Below are positions 55,026 to 64,000 of a DNA stretch of 64,000 bases, piece by piece (position 1 is the first letter of the stretch; each line of letters starts with the position of its first letter). The stretch is from Bacilli bacterium. Lineage in GTDB: Bacteria > Bacillota_I > Bacilli_A > RF39 > UBA660. The notes beneath the pieces were generated by a model that was not told where the DNA came from, made no database searches, and saw nothing but the letters and a program-made list of their open reading frames with translations. Location of the stretch: the NCBI GenBank assembly GCA_017450205.1, contig JAFSVF010000001.1:75189-139188 (forward strand), in the 5' to 3' direction. The position numbers and the translations under genes were made by a program.

Positions 55026-56030
55026 ATGAAGAAGAAAAAGAAAAGAAAATTAAAATCAAGTGTTAAAGTATTTTTAATTCTAGTAGTAGTTTTATGCATT
55101 GCTTTTAATATTGGTAAAACTAAATATGAAGAGTATTTATATAAGAAAACTAGTGATTATGCTATTCTTCAATTAGGTTACTCAGAAGAAGATTTAAAAC
55201 TTATGAATGAAAAATTATCTGATAGTGATAAATGGCATATTGCAAATGATATAGGTAATAATGAATTCATAATGAATTTTATTAAATGTGATTATTTTCT
55301 ATCTAAAAATATTGATTCATATTTAAGTTTAACAGTAACGAAAGACGAAGACTTTTGGCATTATAAAAAACCTGATTACTATAATTATGATGAACTTGTA
55401 GCTAAAGTAAATGTTAAAGTTAATAATGAATATTATACTGAAACTAAAGAAACTGATATGTCAAAAGGATATGGAATACTAGTTAATAAATATCATTATT
55501 TACCAGAAAACTATGCACCAGAAGATTTAGTTAACATTGATTGGAAATATAGATTTGGTGGTAAGAACGATACAATTAAAGTAAGAGAAGAAGTCTATAA
55601 TCAATTTTTAAAGATGTGGCAAGGTGCAAATGAAGCAGGATTTTATTTAATGGCTTATTCAGGATATCGTAGTATTGATCATCAAAAAAGAATCTATAAT
55701 GATTATGCTAATAAGAATGGTATAAGTTATGCTGATTCAATTGCTGCAAGACCAGGGTTTTCTGAACACTCAACTGGACTTGCTTTAGATATTTATTCTA
55801 AGACGTGTAGTCAAGCTAATTTATTTAAAGATACTGAAGTATATAAATGGTTATTAAATAATAGTTATAAATATGGATTTATATTAAGATATCCAGAAGG
55901 TAAGAGTAAACTTACAGGTTATAATTTTGAGTCATGGCATTATAGATATGTCGGTGAAGAATTGGCTGAAAAAGTATATAACTCAGGTCTTACATATGAT
56001 GAGTATTATGCTTTTTATTTAGATAATTAG
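55026..56030 (+). CDS. M15-family D-alanyl-D-alanine carboxypeptidase (VanY-like), membrane-anchored
   Basis: SGYRSIDHQ, SEHSTGLALD (SxHxxGxAxD) and ESWHYRYVG (ExxH). Confidence 0.75.
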   Translation: MKKKKKRKLKSSVKVFLILVVVLCIAFNIGKTKYEEYLYKKTSDYAILQLGYSEEDLKLMNEKLSDSDKWHIANDIGNNEFIMNFIKCDYFLSKNIDSYLSLTVTKDEDFWHYKKPDYYNYDELVAKVNVKVNNEYYTETKETDMSKGYGILVNKYHYLPENYAPEDLVNIDWKYRFGGKNDTIKVREEVYNQFLKMWQGANEAGFYLMAYSGYRSIDHQKRIYNDYANKNGISYADSIAARPGFSEHSTGLALDIYSKTCSQANLFKDTEVYKWLLNNSYKYGFILRYPEGKSKLTGYNFESWHYRYVGEELAEKVYNSGLTYDEYYAFYLDN

Positions 56031-56044
56031 AAAGGAGAAAAAAT

Positions 56045-56479
56045 ATGAAGAAATCAACAAAGAAAGTAGTAGTAAAAGAAGAACATAAGGGGATTAAATT
56101 ATTTGGAGCACTTATTAATTTATTTGGGTTAGCAGGATATGCGGTTGCTAATACAGTTGTTGCTATTAATTCAGTTGCACGTGTACGTATGGAAGCAACT
56201 AATCTAACTTTTGATCAAGTAATTGAAAGAGTAACAAAAGCATCTCTATTAGAGTCATCTCTAATATTTGGAACTATTTGTTTATTTGAATTTATTAATT
56301 ACTATTTATATTTAAATAAGAAAAAAGATATTCTTTTAGCTTTTATTGCATTTAATATCATGGCATTCATGGTTGCAGCTTATAAGTTTGGATTTACTTA
56401 TATATTCTCATATATTATTTTACTTCCAGCACTTACTGGTTTTATTAACTATTATATTTTAGTAAGTGATGGAAAATAA
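56045..56479 (+). CDS. Membrane protein, unknown function
   Basis: 4 predicted TM helices. Confidence 0.4.
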   Translation: MKKSTKKVVVKEEHKGIKLFGALINLFGLAGYAVANTVVAINSVARVRMEATNLTFDQVIERVTKASLLESSLIFGTICLFEFINYYLYLNKKKDILLAFIAFNIMAFMVAAYKFGFTYIFSYIILLPALTGFINYYILVSDGK

Positions 56480-56557
56480 ATTTCTTTACATATGAATACA
56501 CGTAAATACGTGTATTTTTTTCATTTTATTATATAATAATGTATAGAGGTGAAACAC

Positions 56558-57637
56558 ATGAAAGTTGTTATTACTGCTGGAGGTACAGGAGGACACATTT
56601 ATCCTGCACTTGCAATCATAGATAAAATAAAAGAAAAAGAACCTGATTCAGAATTTATTTATATTGGTACACATAATAGAATGGAAAAAGATATTGTACC
56701 AAGTCATGGTATTAGATATGAAGCAATAAAGATTTATGGTTTTAATAAATCCTTAAGTAGATTAAAAGAAGATTTAGAAGACATTTATCTTATTCCTGCT
56801 GCTATTATAAAAGTAAAAAAGATTTTAAAAGAATTCAAACCAGATATTGTTATTGGAGTAGGAGGCTATGTAACTTACCCAGTTATTAAAGCTGCTCACT
56901 CTTTAAAAATAAAAACATTTATTCATGAACAAAATAGTATTCCAGGTAAATCTAATTTAGCACTTCAAAGAATCGTTGATTTAGTAGGTGTAAGTTTCCC
57001 TGATTCAAAAAAATATTTTAATAAAACAAAAGCAATAGTTACAGGTAATCCATGTGCAACTAACGCTTTAAAGGTTAAAAAGATAAGTAAAACTGATTAT
57101 GGTGCTAAAAGAAATTCTAAAACTGTCTTAGTTGTTAATGGATCACTTGGTAGTAAAGCAATAAATACTAAGATGGTCCCATTCTTAAAATCAATTAAGA
57201 ATGAATCATATGAAGTTATTTATGTAACAGGTAAGAACTATTATGATGAATATAAAGAAAATAAATTCCCTGAAAATGTTCATTTAGTTCCATTTGTTGA
57301 TAACTTATCAGGACTTATGAAAGACATTGATGTTATTGTAACTAGAAGTGGTGCATCAACAGTTTCAGAGATTGAAGCACTACAAGTACCACCAATCTTT
57401 ATTCCAAGTCCATATGTAGCTAACAATCATCAATACTATAATGCTTTATCAATTCTTAATTCTAAAGCAGGTCTTATGATTGAAGAAAAAGACTTAAATG
57501 AAACAATTTTAAACGATTTAATTAAATCAATTATCGAAGATGAAGAAACAACTAAATTATTTAAAGATAATTTAGCAAAATTAGCACACTTAGATTCTGC
57601 TGATATAATTTATGAAGAAATAAAAAAGATAATATAA
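56558..57637 (+). CDS. murG: UDP-N-acetylglucosamine--lipid I GlcNAc transferase MurG
   Basis: ATG at 56558 after GAGGTGA. GGTGGHIYPALAI, HEQNSIPG and TRSGASTVSEI. Confidence 0.85.
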   Translation: MKVVITAGGTGGHIYPALAIIDKIKEKEPDSEFIYIGTHNRMEKDIVPSHGIRYEAIKIYGFNKSLSRLKEDLEDIYLIPAAIIKVKKILKEFKPDIVIGVGGYVTYPVIKAAHSLKIKTFIHEQNSIPGKSNLALQRIVDLVGVSFPDSKKYFNKTKAIVTGNPCATNALKVKKISKTDYGAKRNSKTVLVVNGSLGSKAINTKMVPFLKSIKNESYEVIYVTGKNYYDEYKENKFPENVHLVPFVDNLSGLMKDIDVIVTRSGASTVSEIEALQVPPIFIPSPYVANNHQYYNALSILNSKAGLMIEEKDLNETILNDLIKSIIEDEETTKLFKDNLAKLAHLDSADIIYEEIKKII

Positions 57638-57651
57638 AAAGGAGGTAAAGA

Positions 57652-58389
57652 ATGAAAACTAAAAAAAGTAAGAAGAAATTAAAACTTAATATTCCGAGAA
57701 CTATAGTTTTCGTTCTTTTTATCTATATTGTTTTTTATACATGTTATGGTTTATATAATCAAAAAGTAGTTCATTATAATATCGAAGGTAATACTCTTTA
57801 TAGTGATGCTGAAATTTTAAGAACAATAAACCTTACAGATTATCCTCCAATTCTTTCTATTAATCGTCATCAAATAAAAAAGACACTAGAAAGCGATCCT
57901 GTTATTAGTAAAGTAGAAGTAAATTATGGATGGCACTTTTATTTAAATATTAAGATTACAGAAAATAAACCAATGTTTTTATTAAAATCTTCTGGACAAG
58001 CAGTTCTTCAAGATGGTACATTAGTTGATAATAAAAATTATTTAGGGATACCAACTCTTTTAAATGACACTCCAGTTGAAGTAAGAAACTTACTTGCAGA
58101 GCGTTTATCAAAAGTTGATAGTGGAATACTTTATTTAATTAGTGAAATAAAATATGATCCAAGTTATGATTCAACTAATAAAATAATTGATGAAAACAGA
58201 TTTCTTCTTTATATGAATGATACTAATACAGTTTATATAACTGCAAGAAAAGCTAATACTTTAAATTACTATTTAACAATTATTGCTAATAATGAAATCA
58301 ATGAAGCTGGTACTCTATATCTTGATGGAGATGAAAATAATTATACATTTAAATTATATTCATCAGTAGTAAAGAAAGAAGAAGAGTAA
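57652..58389 (+). CDS. Cell division protein DivIB/FtsQ-like (POTRA)
   Basis: Basic N-terminus, one TM, then a POTRA-like I.G(N).LYSDAEIL segment. Positioned right after murG. Confidence 0.6.
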   Translation: MKTKKSKKKLKLNIPRTIVFVLFIYIVFYTCYGLYNQKVVHYNIEGNTLYSDAEILRTINLTDYPPILSINRHQIKKTLESDPVISKVEVNYGWHFYLNIKITENKPMFLLKSSGQAVLQDGTLVDNKNYLGIPTLLNDTPVEVRNLLAERLSKVDSGILYLISEIKYDPSYDSTNKIIDENRFLLYMNDTNTVYITARKANTLNYYLTIIANNEINEAGTLYLDGDENNYTFKLYSSVVKKEEE

Positions 58390-58390
58390 T

Positions 58391-59011
58391 ATGATTAATG
58401 AAAAAATAAATTATGATAAATTAATGATGGATGAAATAAACTCACTTAATGGTGAAAGAAAAAGTGTTCTTTTGCATACTTGCTGTGGACCATGTTCATC
58501 AGCTTGTATTGAAAGATTAAGAGAGTATCTAGATGTAACAGTTTACTTTTATAATCCTAATGTTGAACCTTATGAAGAATATCTAAAAAGAAAAGAAACA
58601 CAAATAAAACTTTTAGAAGATTTAGATATTCCCTATATAGATGCAGATTATGATAATGATTATTATCGCTCACAAGTAAAAGGATTAGAAAGTGAACGTG
58701 AAGGAGGAGCAAGATGTCCAGTATGTTTTAAGATAAGACTTAAAAAGACTGCTCAAATTGCTAAAGAAAATAATTTTGATTATTTTTGTACATCCCTAAC
58801 TGTATCTCCTCATAAAAATAGTGATATAATTAATAAAATAGGACATGCAATCGGTGAAAGTATAGGTATTAATTTTTTATATTCTGACTTTAAAAAGAGA
58901 GAAGGATATAAAAGAAGTATAGAACTTTCTAAAGAATATGAATTATATAGACAAGATTATTGTGGATGCCTATTTGCAAAAGATTGGAGTGAGTTAAATG
59001 AAAAAAAATAA
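58391..59011 (+). CDS. queH: Epoxyqueuosine reductase QueH (DUF208)
   Basis: LLHTCCGPCS, CPVCF and DYCGC cysteine motifs. Confidence 0.85.
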   Translation: MINEKINYDKLMMDEINSLNGERKSVLLHTCCGPCSSACIERLREYLDVTVYFYNPNVEPYEEYLKRKETQIKLLEDLDIPYIDADYDNDYYRSQVKGLESEREGGARCPVCFKIRLKKTAQIAKENNFDYFCTSLTVSPHKNSDIINKIGHAIGESIGINFLYSDFKKREGYKRSIELSKEYELYRQDYCGCLFAKDWSELNEKK

Positions 59012-59510
59012 AGCTTTTACATTAGCAGAACTTTTAGTAATTATTGTTATTATTGGACTATTAATTAGCTTAACAGGTATGGTAATGACAAGAGTTATGA
59101 AAGGTACTAAAGAAAATATAAAAGAACAAGAATTAAAAACATTAGTAGATGCAGCTAGTAGTTATATGACTGATGTTGTAAATGATAAAAATGTTTACGG
59201 TTTTGAAGATAGAAACTTTTCAGGATATGATTTCCTAAGTAATTTAGTTGATAAATGTGAAGATTATACAGCTAAGACTTGTAGTTTTATAGAAAAAGAT
59301 ACTACAAATGGAATTTATAAGGTAAAATTATTTGTTAATCCAAGTAATTTAAAGGATTATGTAGATATGTCAAAATATATTGTAGGTAATTGTGGTTTAG
59401 ATGCTTATATAGATATATCAACTAATTCAAAAGGATATTATATTCTAGAAAAACTAGAAGTAAAACCAGGAGAAAAAACTAAAGCAAAAACATGTGTTGT
59501 TAGCGAATGA
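58998..59510 (+). CDS. Type IV pilin-like / pseudopilin protein
   Basis: MKKNKA/FTLAELLVIIVIIGLLISL prepilin-type N-terminus (Ala at -1, Glu at +5) and a small Cys-containing globular domain. Confidence 0.6.
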   Translation: MKKNKAFTLAELLVIIVIIGLLISLTGMVMTRVMKGTKENIKEQELKTLVDAASSYMTDVVNDKNVYGFEDRNFSGYDFLSNLVDKCEDYTAKTCSFIEKDTTNGIYKVKLFVNPSNLKDYVDMSKYIVGNCGLDAYIDISTNSKGYYILEKLEVKPGEKTKAKTCVVSE

Positions 59511-59589
59511 TATAGATTTTTTCTATATCTTTTGTTTTTTATGATATACTACTATTGTTAGAGAATTATGAAAGGTTTTGGTGATAAAA

Positions 59590-60861
59590 ATGGGTTTATT
59601 CCAAAAGTTTAAAGATATGTTTTCTTCTAAGAAACAAAGAGAAGAAGAATTAGAAGAAATATTAGAACAAGAAGAATCGAATGAAGATATCGAAGAAGAA
59701 ATAGATAAAGTAGAAGAAACTCCTGAAGAAGAATTAGAAGAGATCGAAGAAACTCCTGAAGAAGAATCAGTAGAAGAAACTAATGAAGATGCTTCTAATG
59801 AAGAAGAGGATAATGAAAAAGAAATAACTGAAGAGGAACATGAAGAAGTTGAGGAAGAACCTGAAACAGTTAAGGAAGAATCTAAAAAAGAAAAGAAGAA
59901 AAAAGGATTCTTTGGATTTAAATTAACTGAAAAAGATAAAGATTTACTTGTATATGATAAAGGTTTAGAAAAATCAAGAAAAGAATTTGTATCAGAGTTA
60001 TCGCTATTAGGTAAAAAGTTTACAAGAGTAAACGAAGAATACTATGAAGAACTTGAACAACTTCTTATAAGTGCAGATATTGGTATTAATACAGTGTTTA
60101 AATTTATGGATAGATTAAGAGATAGAGTTAAACATGAAAATATTACTGATACTAATTACTTAACTGAAGTTATTGTTGATGAACTTTTAATGATTTATGT
60201 TGAAGGTTCATCTCTAACTGATAAGATTAACATGGCTGAAAGTGGACCAACAGTAATTCTTATGGTTGGAGTAAATGGAGTAGGTAAAACTACTACTATT
60301 GGAAAACTTGCTCATAAGTATATTAAAGAAGGTAAGAAAGTAATGTTAATTGCTGGAGATACCTTTAGGGCAGGTGCTGTTCCTCAACTTGAAGAATGGG
60401 CTAATCGTACCGGTGCTGAATTCTTTGGTAAAGAAAATTCTGATCCTGCTGGAGTTATATTTGATGGTTTAGTTAAAGCAAAAGAACTTAATGTAGATAT
60501 TGTTTTAATAGATACTGCTGGTAGACTTCAAAATAAAGTTAATTTAATGAATGAGTTAGAAAAAATTAATAAAGTTATTGGAAGACATGTACCAAATGCA
60601 CCACATGAAACATTATTAATAATTGATGCAACTACTGGTCAAAATGGCATTAGTCAAGCAGAAAGCTTCAAAGAAATTACTAACGTAACAGGTATTGTAT
60701 TAACTAAACTAGATGGTACTGCTAAGGGTGGTATTGTACTAGCTATTAAAGAAAATGTGGGTATTCCAGTTAAGTTCATAGGTTTGGGTGAACAAATGGA
60801 AGACTTAAGAACATTTGATATTGAAGATTATATTTATGGATTATTTAAGGATATGATGTAA
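59590..60861 (+). CDS. ftsY: Signal recognition particle receptor FtsY
   Basis: Acidic A-domain, then an NG domain with GVNGVGKTTT, DTAGR and TKLDGTAKGG. Confidence 0.9.
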   Translation: MGLFQKFKDMFSSKKQREEELEEILEQEESNEDIEEEIDKVEETPEEELEEIEETPEEESVEETNEDASNEEEDNEKEITEEEHEEVEEEPETVKEESKKEKKKKGFFGFKLTEKDKDLLVYDKGLEKSRKEFVSELSLLGKKFTRVNEEYYEELEQLLISADIGINTVFKFMDRLRDRVKHENITDTNYLTEVIVDELLMIYVEGSSLTDKINMAESGPTVILMVGVNGVGKTTTIGKLAHKYIKEGKKVMLIAGDTFRAGAVPQLEEWANRTGAEFFGKENSDPAGVIFDGLVKAKELNVDIVLIDTAGRLQNKVNLMNELEKINKVIGRHVPNAPHETLLIIDATTGQNGISQAESFKEITNVTGIVLTKLDGTAKGGIVLAIKENVGIPVKFIGLGEQMEDLRTFDIEDYIYGLFKDMM

Positions 60862-60862
60862 T

Positions 60863-61144
60863 ATGGAAGAAACTTTATATATAACTAATCTTTATGAGTA
60901 CTATAAAGAACTACTAACTGAAAAAGAAAAAAGTTACTTTGAAGATTATTACTATGAAAATTTAACAATGGAAGAAATTGCAGATAATAATGAAATATCT
61001 AAAAATGCTATTTCAAAAACACTTAAAGAAGTTAAAAATAAGCTTAATGATTATGAATCGAAATTAAATTTAAAGTCTAATTACGATACTATTAAAAAAA
61101 TATTAAGTATTGAAGATTTTAGTAAAATAGAAAAATATATATAA
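60863..61144 (+). CDS. ylxM: YlxM/UPF0122 helix-turn-helix protein
   Basis: LYEYYKELLTEKEKSYFEDYYYENLTMEEIA matches the YlxM pattern. Confidence 0.7.
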   Translation: MEETLYITNLYEYYKELLTEKEKSYFEDYYYENLTMEEIADNNEISKNAISKTLKEVKNKLNDYESKLNLKSNYDTIKKILSIEDFSKIEKYI

Positions 61145-61220
61145 TTTTTATCTACTATCTATGTTATAATATTTAATATAGAAAATAGTTTAATCGATTA
61201 AGAAAAATATGAGGTATTGT

Positions 61221-62375
61221 ATGAAAAAAATTAACTTATTAATTATTGCTTTTATAAGTTTATTCATTTTTACTGGTAATGTTTTTGCTGATGCATCTAT
61301 TGAATGTACTGGCGGAGGCGTTACATGTAAATTTACTAGTAAAGGTGGCTCTTTAAATGGTACTTGTAAGAATGGTAGTGGAGTATCTTATTCTGCTATG
61401 AACTTAAATGGACATTTAGATAGTAAACAAAACTTATCTGATATGATAAACAATTATTCTTATCAAGATGTATCAAGTTGCCCAGGAATTATGATCGTTG
61501 ATGATTCTTCAAAGAATGTAATATTTGCTAAGGGTGATGGCAATTATTTCGTGTCTTGTCCTTATGCTACTGAAGTTTTAGGTAAAACTGGTTTGACATG
61601 TGATTCATATGAACCTAATTTACCACTTGTTTCCTCAACAATTGGACAAACTGTTGATTATATCAATTTAGTTGGTTCTCAACTTGGTATTGGTACAAAT
61701 TTTAAAAGTTATAGTGTTACTACTGTTTCTTCTGAAGTTGGAGAAGACTGCGATTCTCAATTACAACTTTTATATGATAAAGTTGTTGATAAACAAACAG
61801 ATGTTAAGAATGCTAATTGTGCTTATAATTCAAATAAAAGTAATTGTGAAAGTTTATTAAGTGCTTGGAAAAATGAAATAGAAAATGCTAAAAAATCTTC
61901 TTCAGAATTATTGAATAAAGGTGTTTGTACAAAATCTCAAGTTGATACTTTTAATAAAAGAATTAGTGAAGAAATTGAAGATTATTCTAATATAGTCACT
62001 ACTGAAAAAACTACTGGTACAAACCCATATTACACTAATAGTGGAAATGTAGGAGATAATTTTTGCTCTGAACCTTCAGTAAAACAAGTTCTTAAATTCT
62101 TTGGAATATTAATATTGATCTTAAAAATTGCAGTTCCACTAATAATCATTGTAAAAGGAATGTTCTTATTCTATAATGCAGTTATTAAAGGTGAATCATC
62201 AGATTTACAAAAGAATGCAAAAGAATTTGGTATGAAAGTATTTTTAGGATTATTAGTATTCCTTATTCCAGGTTTAGTAGATGGTATTTGGGACTTATTT
62301 GATAGTTTTGATTCAGTTGAATCAGATTATACAAATTGTGAACAATGTTTACTTGATCCAGAAAATTGTAGCTAA
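61221..62375 (+). CDS. Cys-rich secreted protein with a C-terminal two-TM hairpin
   Basis: Signal peptide ends NVFA/DAS. There are more than 15 Cys. The C-terminus has two hydrophobic helices separated by KGESSDLQKNAKEF, then CEQCLLDPENCS. Confidence 0.45.
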   Translation: MKKINLLIIAFISLFIFTGNVFADASIECTGGGVTCKFTSKGGSLNGTCKNGSGVSYSAMNLNGHLDSKQNLSDMINNYSYQDVSSCPGIMIVDDSSKNVIFAKGDGNYFVSCPYATEVLGKTGLTCDSYEPNLPLVSSTIGQTVDYINLVGSQLGIGTNFKSYSVTTVSSEVGEDCDSQLQLLYDKVVDKQTDVKNANCAYNSNKSNCESLLSAWKNEIENAKKSSSELLNKGVCTKSQVDTFNKRISEEIEDYSNIVTTEKTTGTNPYYTNSGNVGDNFCSEPSVKQVLKFFGILILILKIAVPLIIIVKGMFLFYNAVIKGESSDLQKNAKEFGMKVFLGLLVFLIPGLVDGIWDLFDSFDSVESDYTNCEQCLLDPENCS

Positions 62376-62389
62376 TAAAAAACTCATCA

Positions 62390-62605
62390 TTATTGATGAG
62401 TTTTATTTTGTAATTTATTATTTATAGAAATATAAGTATATATTGAATTTATGAGTGCTGTTAATATTCCAAAAACTAATAGAGTAGTAGAATGTATTAA
62501 CTTATACTTTGGATTACTATTTAGAATAGATGAAACTATTATAAATGGTATTAATCCAATTATAAAAGAAATAATTGTATATTTAATTTTAATTACATTC
62601 CTCAT
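62390..62605 (-). CDS. Small two-TM membrane protein (weakly supported)
   Basis: The ORF has two hydrophobic helices and shares a bidirectional hairpin with the upstream gene. No clear SD. Confidence 0.3.
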   Translation of the reverse strand: MRNVIKIKYTIISFIIGLIPFIIVSSILNSNPKYKLIHSTTLLVFGILTALINSIYTYISINNKLQNKTHQ

Positions 62606-62663
62606 ATTATTTATTTCCTATCCTAATAAAATAATATCAAATAAAATGTAATATGTCTAATAA

Positions 62664-62692
62664 AAATAAAAAAGCAATCAATTGATTGCTTT
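62664..62692 (-). terminator. Rho-independent terminator of tRNA-Ala
   Basis: On the minus strand: AAAGCAATCA / TGATTGCTTT stem followed by a T-run. Confidence 0.6.
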
Positions 62693-62702
62693 AATGTCTA
62701 AA

Positions 62703-62779
62703 TGGTGGAGGACACGGGACTCGAACCCGCGACCCTCTGCGTGCAGGGCAGATGCTCTAGCCAACTGAGCTAATCCCCC
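62703..62779 (-). tRNA. tRNA-Ala (anticodon TGC) with C at position 33
   Basis: Folded by hand. Acceptor GGGGGAT/GTCCTCC with a G3:U70 wobble. Anticodon stem TCTGC/GCAGA with loop CCTGCAC. Encoded CCA. Confidence 0.85.
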
Positions 62780-62792
62780 ATCGACAAAATAA

Positions 62793-62821
62793 ATAATACC
62801 ATAAAATTTCGATGTATGCAA
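62793..62821 (-). promoter_or_regulatory. Candidate promoter of tRNA-Ala
   Basis: On the minus strand: TTGCAT, a 17-nt spacer ending in TGG, then TATTAT, 13 nt before the tRNA 5' end. Confidence 0.5.
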
Positions 62822-62922
62822 GTATTTTTTTTATTTTATTTTGATAAAAAAATATTTTTAAATTATTGTTATTTATTTTCATTTATTTTATACTATATAT
62901 GATAGGAAAGTAGGGAGCTAAT

Positions 62923-64000
62923 ATGCAATGTAATCATTGTGGTAAGTTTGTACCGTCCACATCAAAAACATGTATGTTTTGTAATCAAGTAATTGATCCT
63001 AATGCACGTTATATTCCACCAGAAGAAGACTTAGGTTCAATTGAAAACACAGACTATGATACAAAACTAAATATTAAAGTTGTTAATGACTACATTAAAA
63101 ATCCTAAATATAAGAAGTATTTAATTATGGGAGTTGCATTTGTAGTACTTTTTATAGCTCTTATAATAGGATTTGCTATTAGTGGAGTAGGTAGTAAAAA
63201 AGCATCTAGTGATATTTTTATTAAAGTTACCGATTCACTCTATGATTATGTAGATGATAATATACTAAGTAAAAATGGTCATTCAGGAACTGCTACTCTA
63301 GAAATAAAATACACTGGTAAATCATCCAATGTAATAAACTATCAATTTACTGGTGATTATGTATTTGATCCATTAAATAAGTATTATTCATATACTGCTT
63401 CATTAGATGGTAAATACAGTAGTCAAGATATAAAAGTAGATAGTAAAATACTTCCTATTAATATTCTATTTAGAGATAATACAATTTATCTTAATAGTAG
63501 TGAATTAAATGAAAAGGCATTAAGTGGTGATATCTCATTCCTAGGTGATTACCTTAATTTAAAAGATTATGAGTTTGATAAATTATCAACTTCAACTAGG
63601 GACGCTCTTAAAGATACTTTAAAAGAATTAAATTATAAATACAATAGTGAATCTATTAACTATCGTGGTGAAAAAGTAGTAGCTGATAAAACTTCACTTG
63701 TTCTTGATAGTAAAGGTATGTATGATTTTTATGAAAAACTATTTAAAAACTTAATGGCTTCAACAAAATTTGTAAATCAATTTGGTGCAATCAGAGGAAT
63801 GGATAAAGAAAGAGTTAAGGAATACTTTGATGATTTACTAAAAAAATTTGAATATAAATATAATGATTCAAACAAAGATGTAGTTACTATAAATATTTAT
63901 AGTGATTCTAAAAAAGTATATCAAATTAATTATATTTATAAATCAAATGAAGAACATAATTATCAATTAGTAATAAAAGATGGAAGTTACTTCTTTGATT
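62923..64000 (+). CDS. Zinc-ribbon-anchored single-pass membrane protein (3' end lies outside the window)
   Basis: ATG at 62923 after the AGGGAG SD. Ribbon MQCNHCGKFVPSTSKTCMFCNQ, then TM IMGVAFVVLFIALIIGFAI. The frame stays open to the end of the window. This ORF is not in the supplied track. Confidence 0.6.
   Translation, partial: MQCNHCGKFVPSTSKTCMFCNQVIDPNARYIPPEEDLGSIENTDYDTKLNIKVVNDYIKNPKYKKYLIMGVAFVVLFIALIIGFAISGVGSKKASSDIFIKVTDSLYDYVDDNILSKNGHSGTATLEIKYTGKSSNVINYQFTGDYVFDPLNKYYSYTASLDGKYSSQDIKVDSKILPINILFRDNTIYLNSSELNEKALSGDISFLGDYLNLKDYEFDKLSTSTRDALKDTLKELNYKYNSESINYRGEKVVADKTSLVLDSKGMYDFYEKLFKNLMASTKFVNQFGAIRGMDKERVKEYFDDLLKKFEYKYNDSNKDVVTINIYSDSKKVYQINYIYKSNEEHNYQLVIKDGSYFFD

Noticed and set aside
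59620-59900. The Glu-rich repetitive stretch at the 5' end of ftsY as a repeat element.
   Set aside because: This is the usual acidic A-domain of FtsY. It is in frame and continuous with the NG domain.
62703-62779. First impression of a tRNA-Cys, because GCA appears in the anticodon loop.
   Set aside because: With the perfect 5-bp anticodon stem, the loop register puts TGC at positions 34-36. The G3:U70 pair is the Ala identity element. I therefore called it tRNA-Ala.

Overview
This 64-kb window is very AT-rich, uses the standard genetic code and looks like a Gram-positive-type (Bacillota-like) chromosome. Peptidoglycan and sortase genes are present, and sufS-sufU occurs without sufBCD in view. 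I cannot assign the taxon from this window. About 70 genes are present, almost all on the + strand.

The housekeeping backbone is: the TadB/TadC-like end of a pilus operon, sufS-sufU, a Ser T-box leading a NUDIX-DUF1653 gene and serS, ftsK, a Thr T-box leading rnr and thrS, mtaB, def, miaA, hup, a VanY-like peptidase, murG, divIB/ftsQ, queH, ftsY, ylxM, and three tRNAs (Leu-TAG, CAT, Ala-TGC).

Four accessory blocks interrupt this backbone.

1. 6.2-14.1 kb: an array of type-II membrane proteins. Most share an N-terminal zinc ribbon, a PVQ- or Thr-rich linker and one TM helix, but carry unrelated ectodomains. The block is bracketed by a 28-nt near-identical repeat. One member (11900-13020) has EF-Tu domains II-III as its ectodomain and carries three lesions: ATA instead of ATG, and two 1-nt homopolymer insertions.

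2. 21-29 kb: an extremely AT-rich operon encoding a secreted protein and an ABC-2-type transporter, followed by a minus-strand module of MobV relaxase, candidate oriT and large serine recombinase, abutting a tRNA-Leu/tRNA-CAT pair. The recombinase is preceded by a promoter, a 23-codon leader ORF and a terminator.

3. 29.3-35 kb: a thioester-domain (TQXA-type) adhesin with a VPSTG sorting signal, a cognate sortase that appears to lack the canonical Arg, and a class-B-like sortase with a roughly 275-aa N-terminal extension.

4. 48.9-53 kb: an 812-aa modular type IV pilin with GLUG-type repeats and two membrane-anchored partners.

I saw no CRISPR array, rRNA or phage structural genes. Start codons were re-picked by eye using Shine-Dalgarno spacing. 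All similarity statements come from motif recognition, not database searches.
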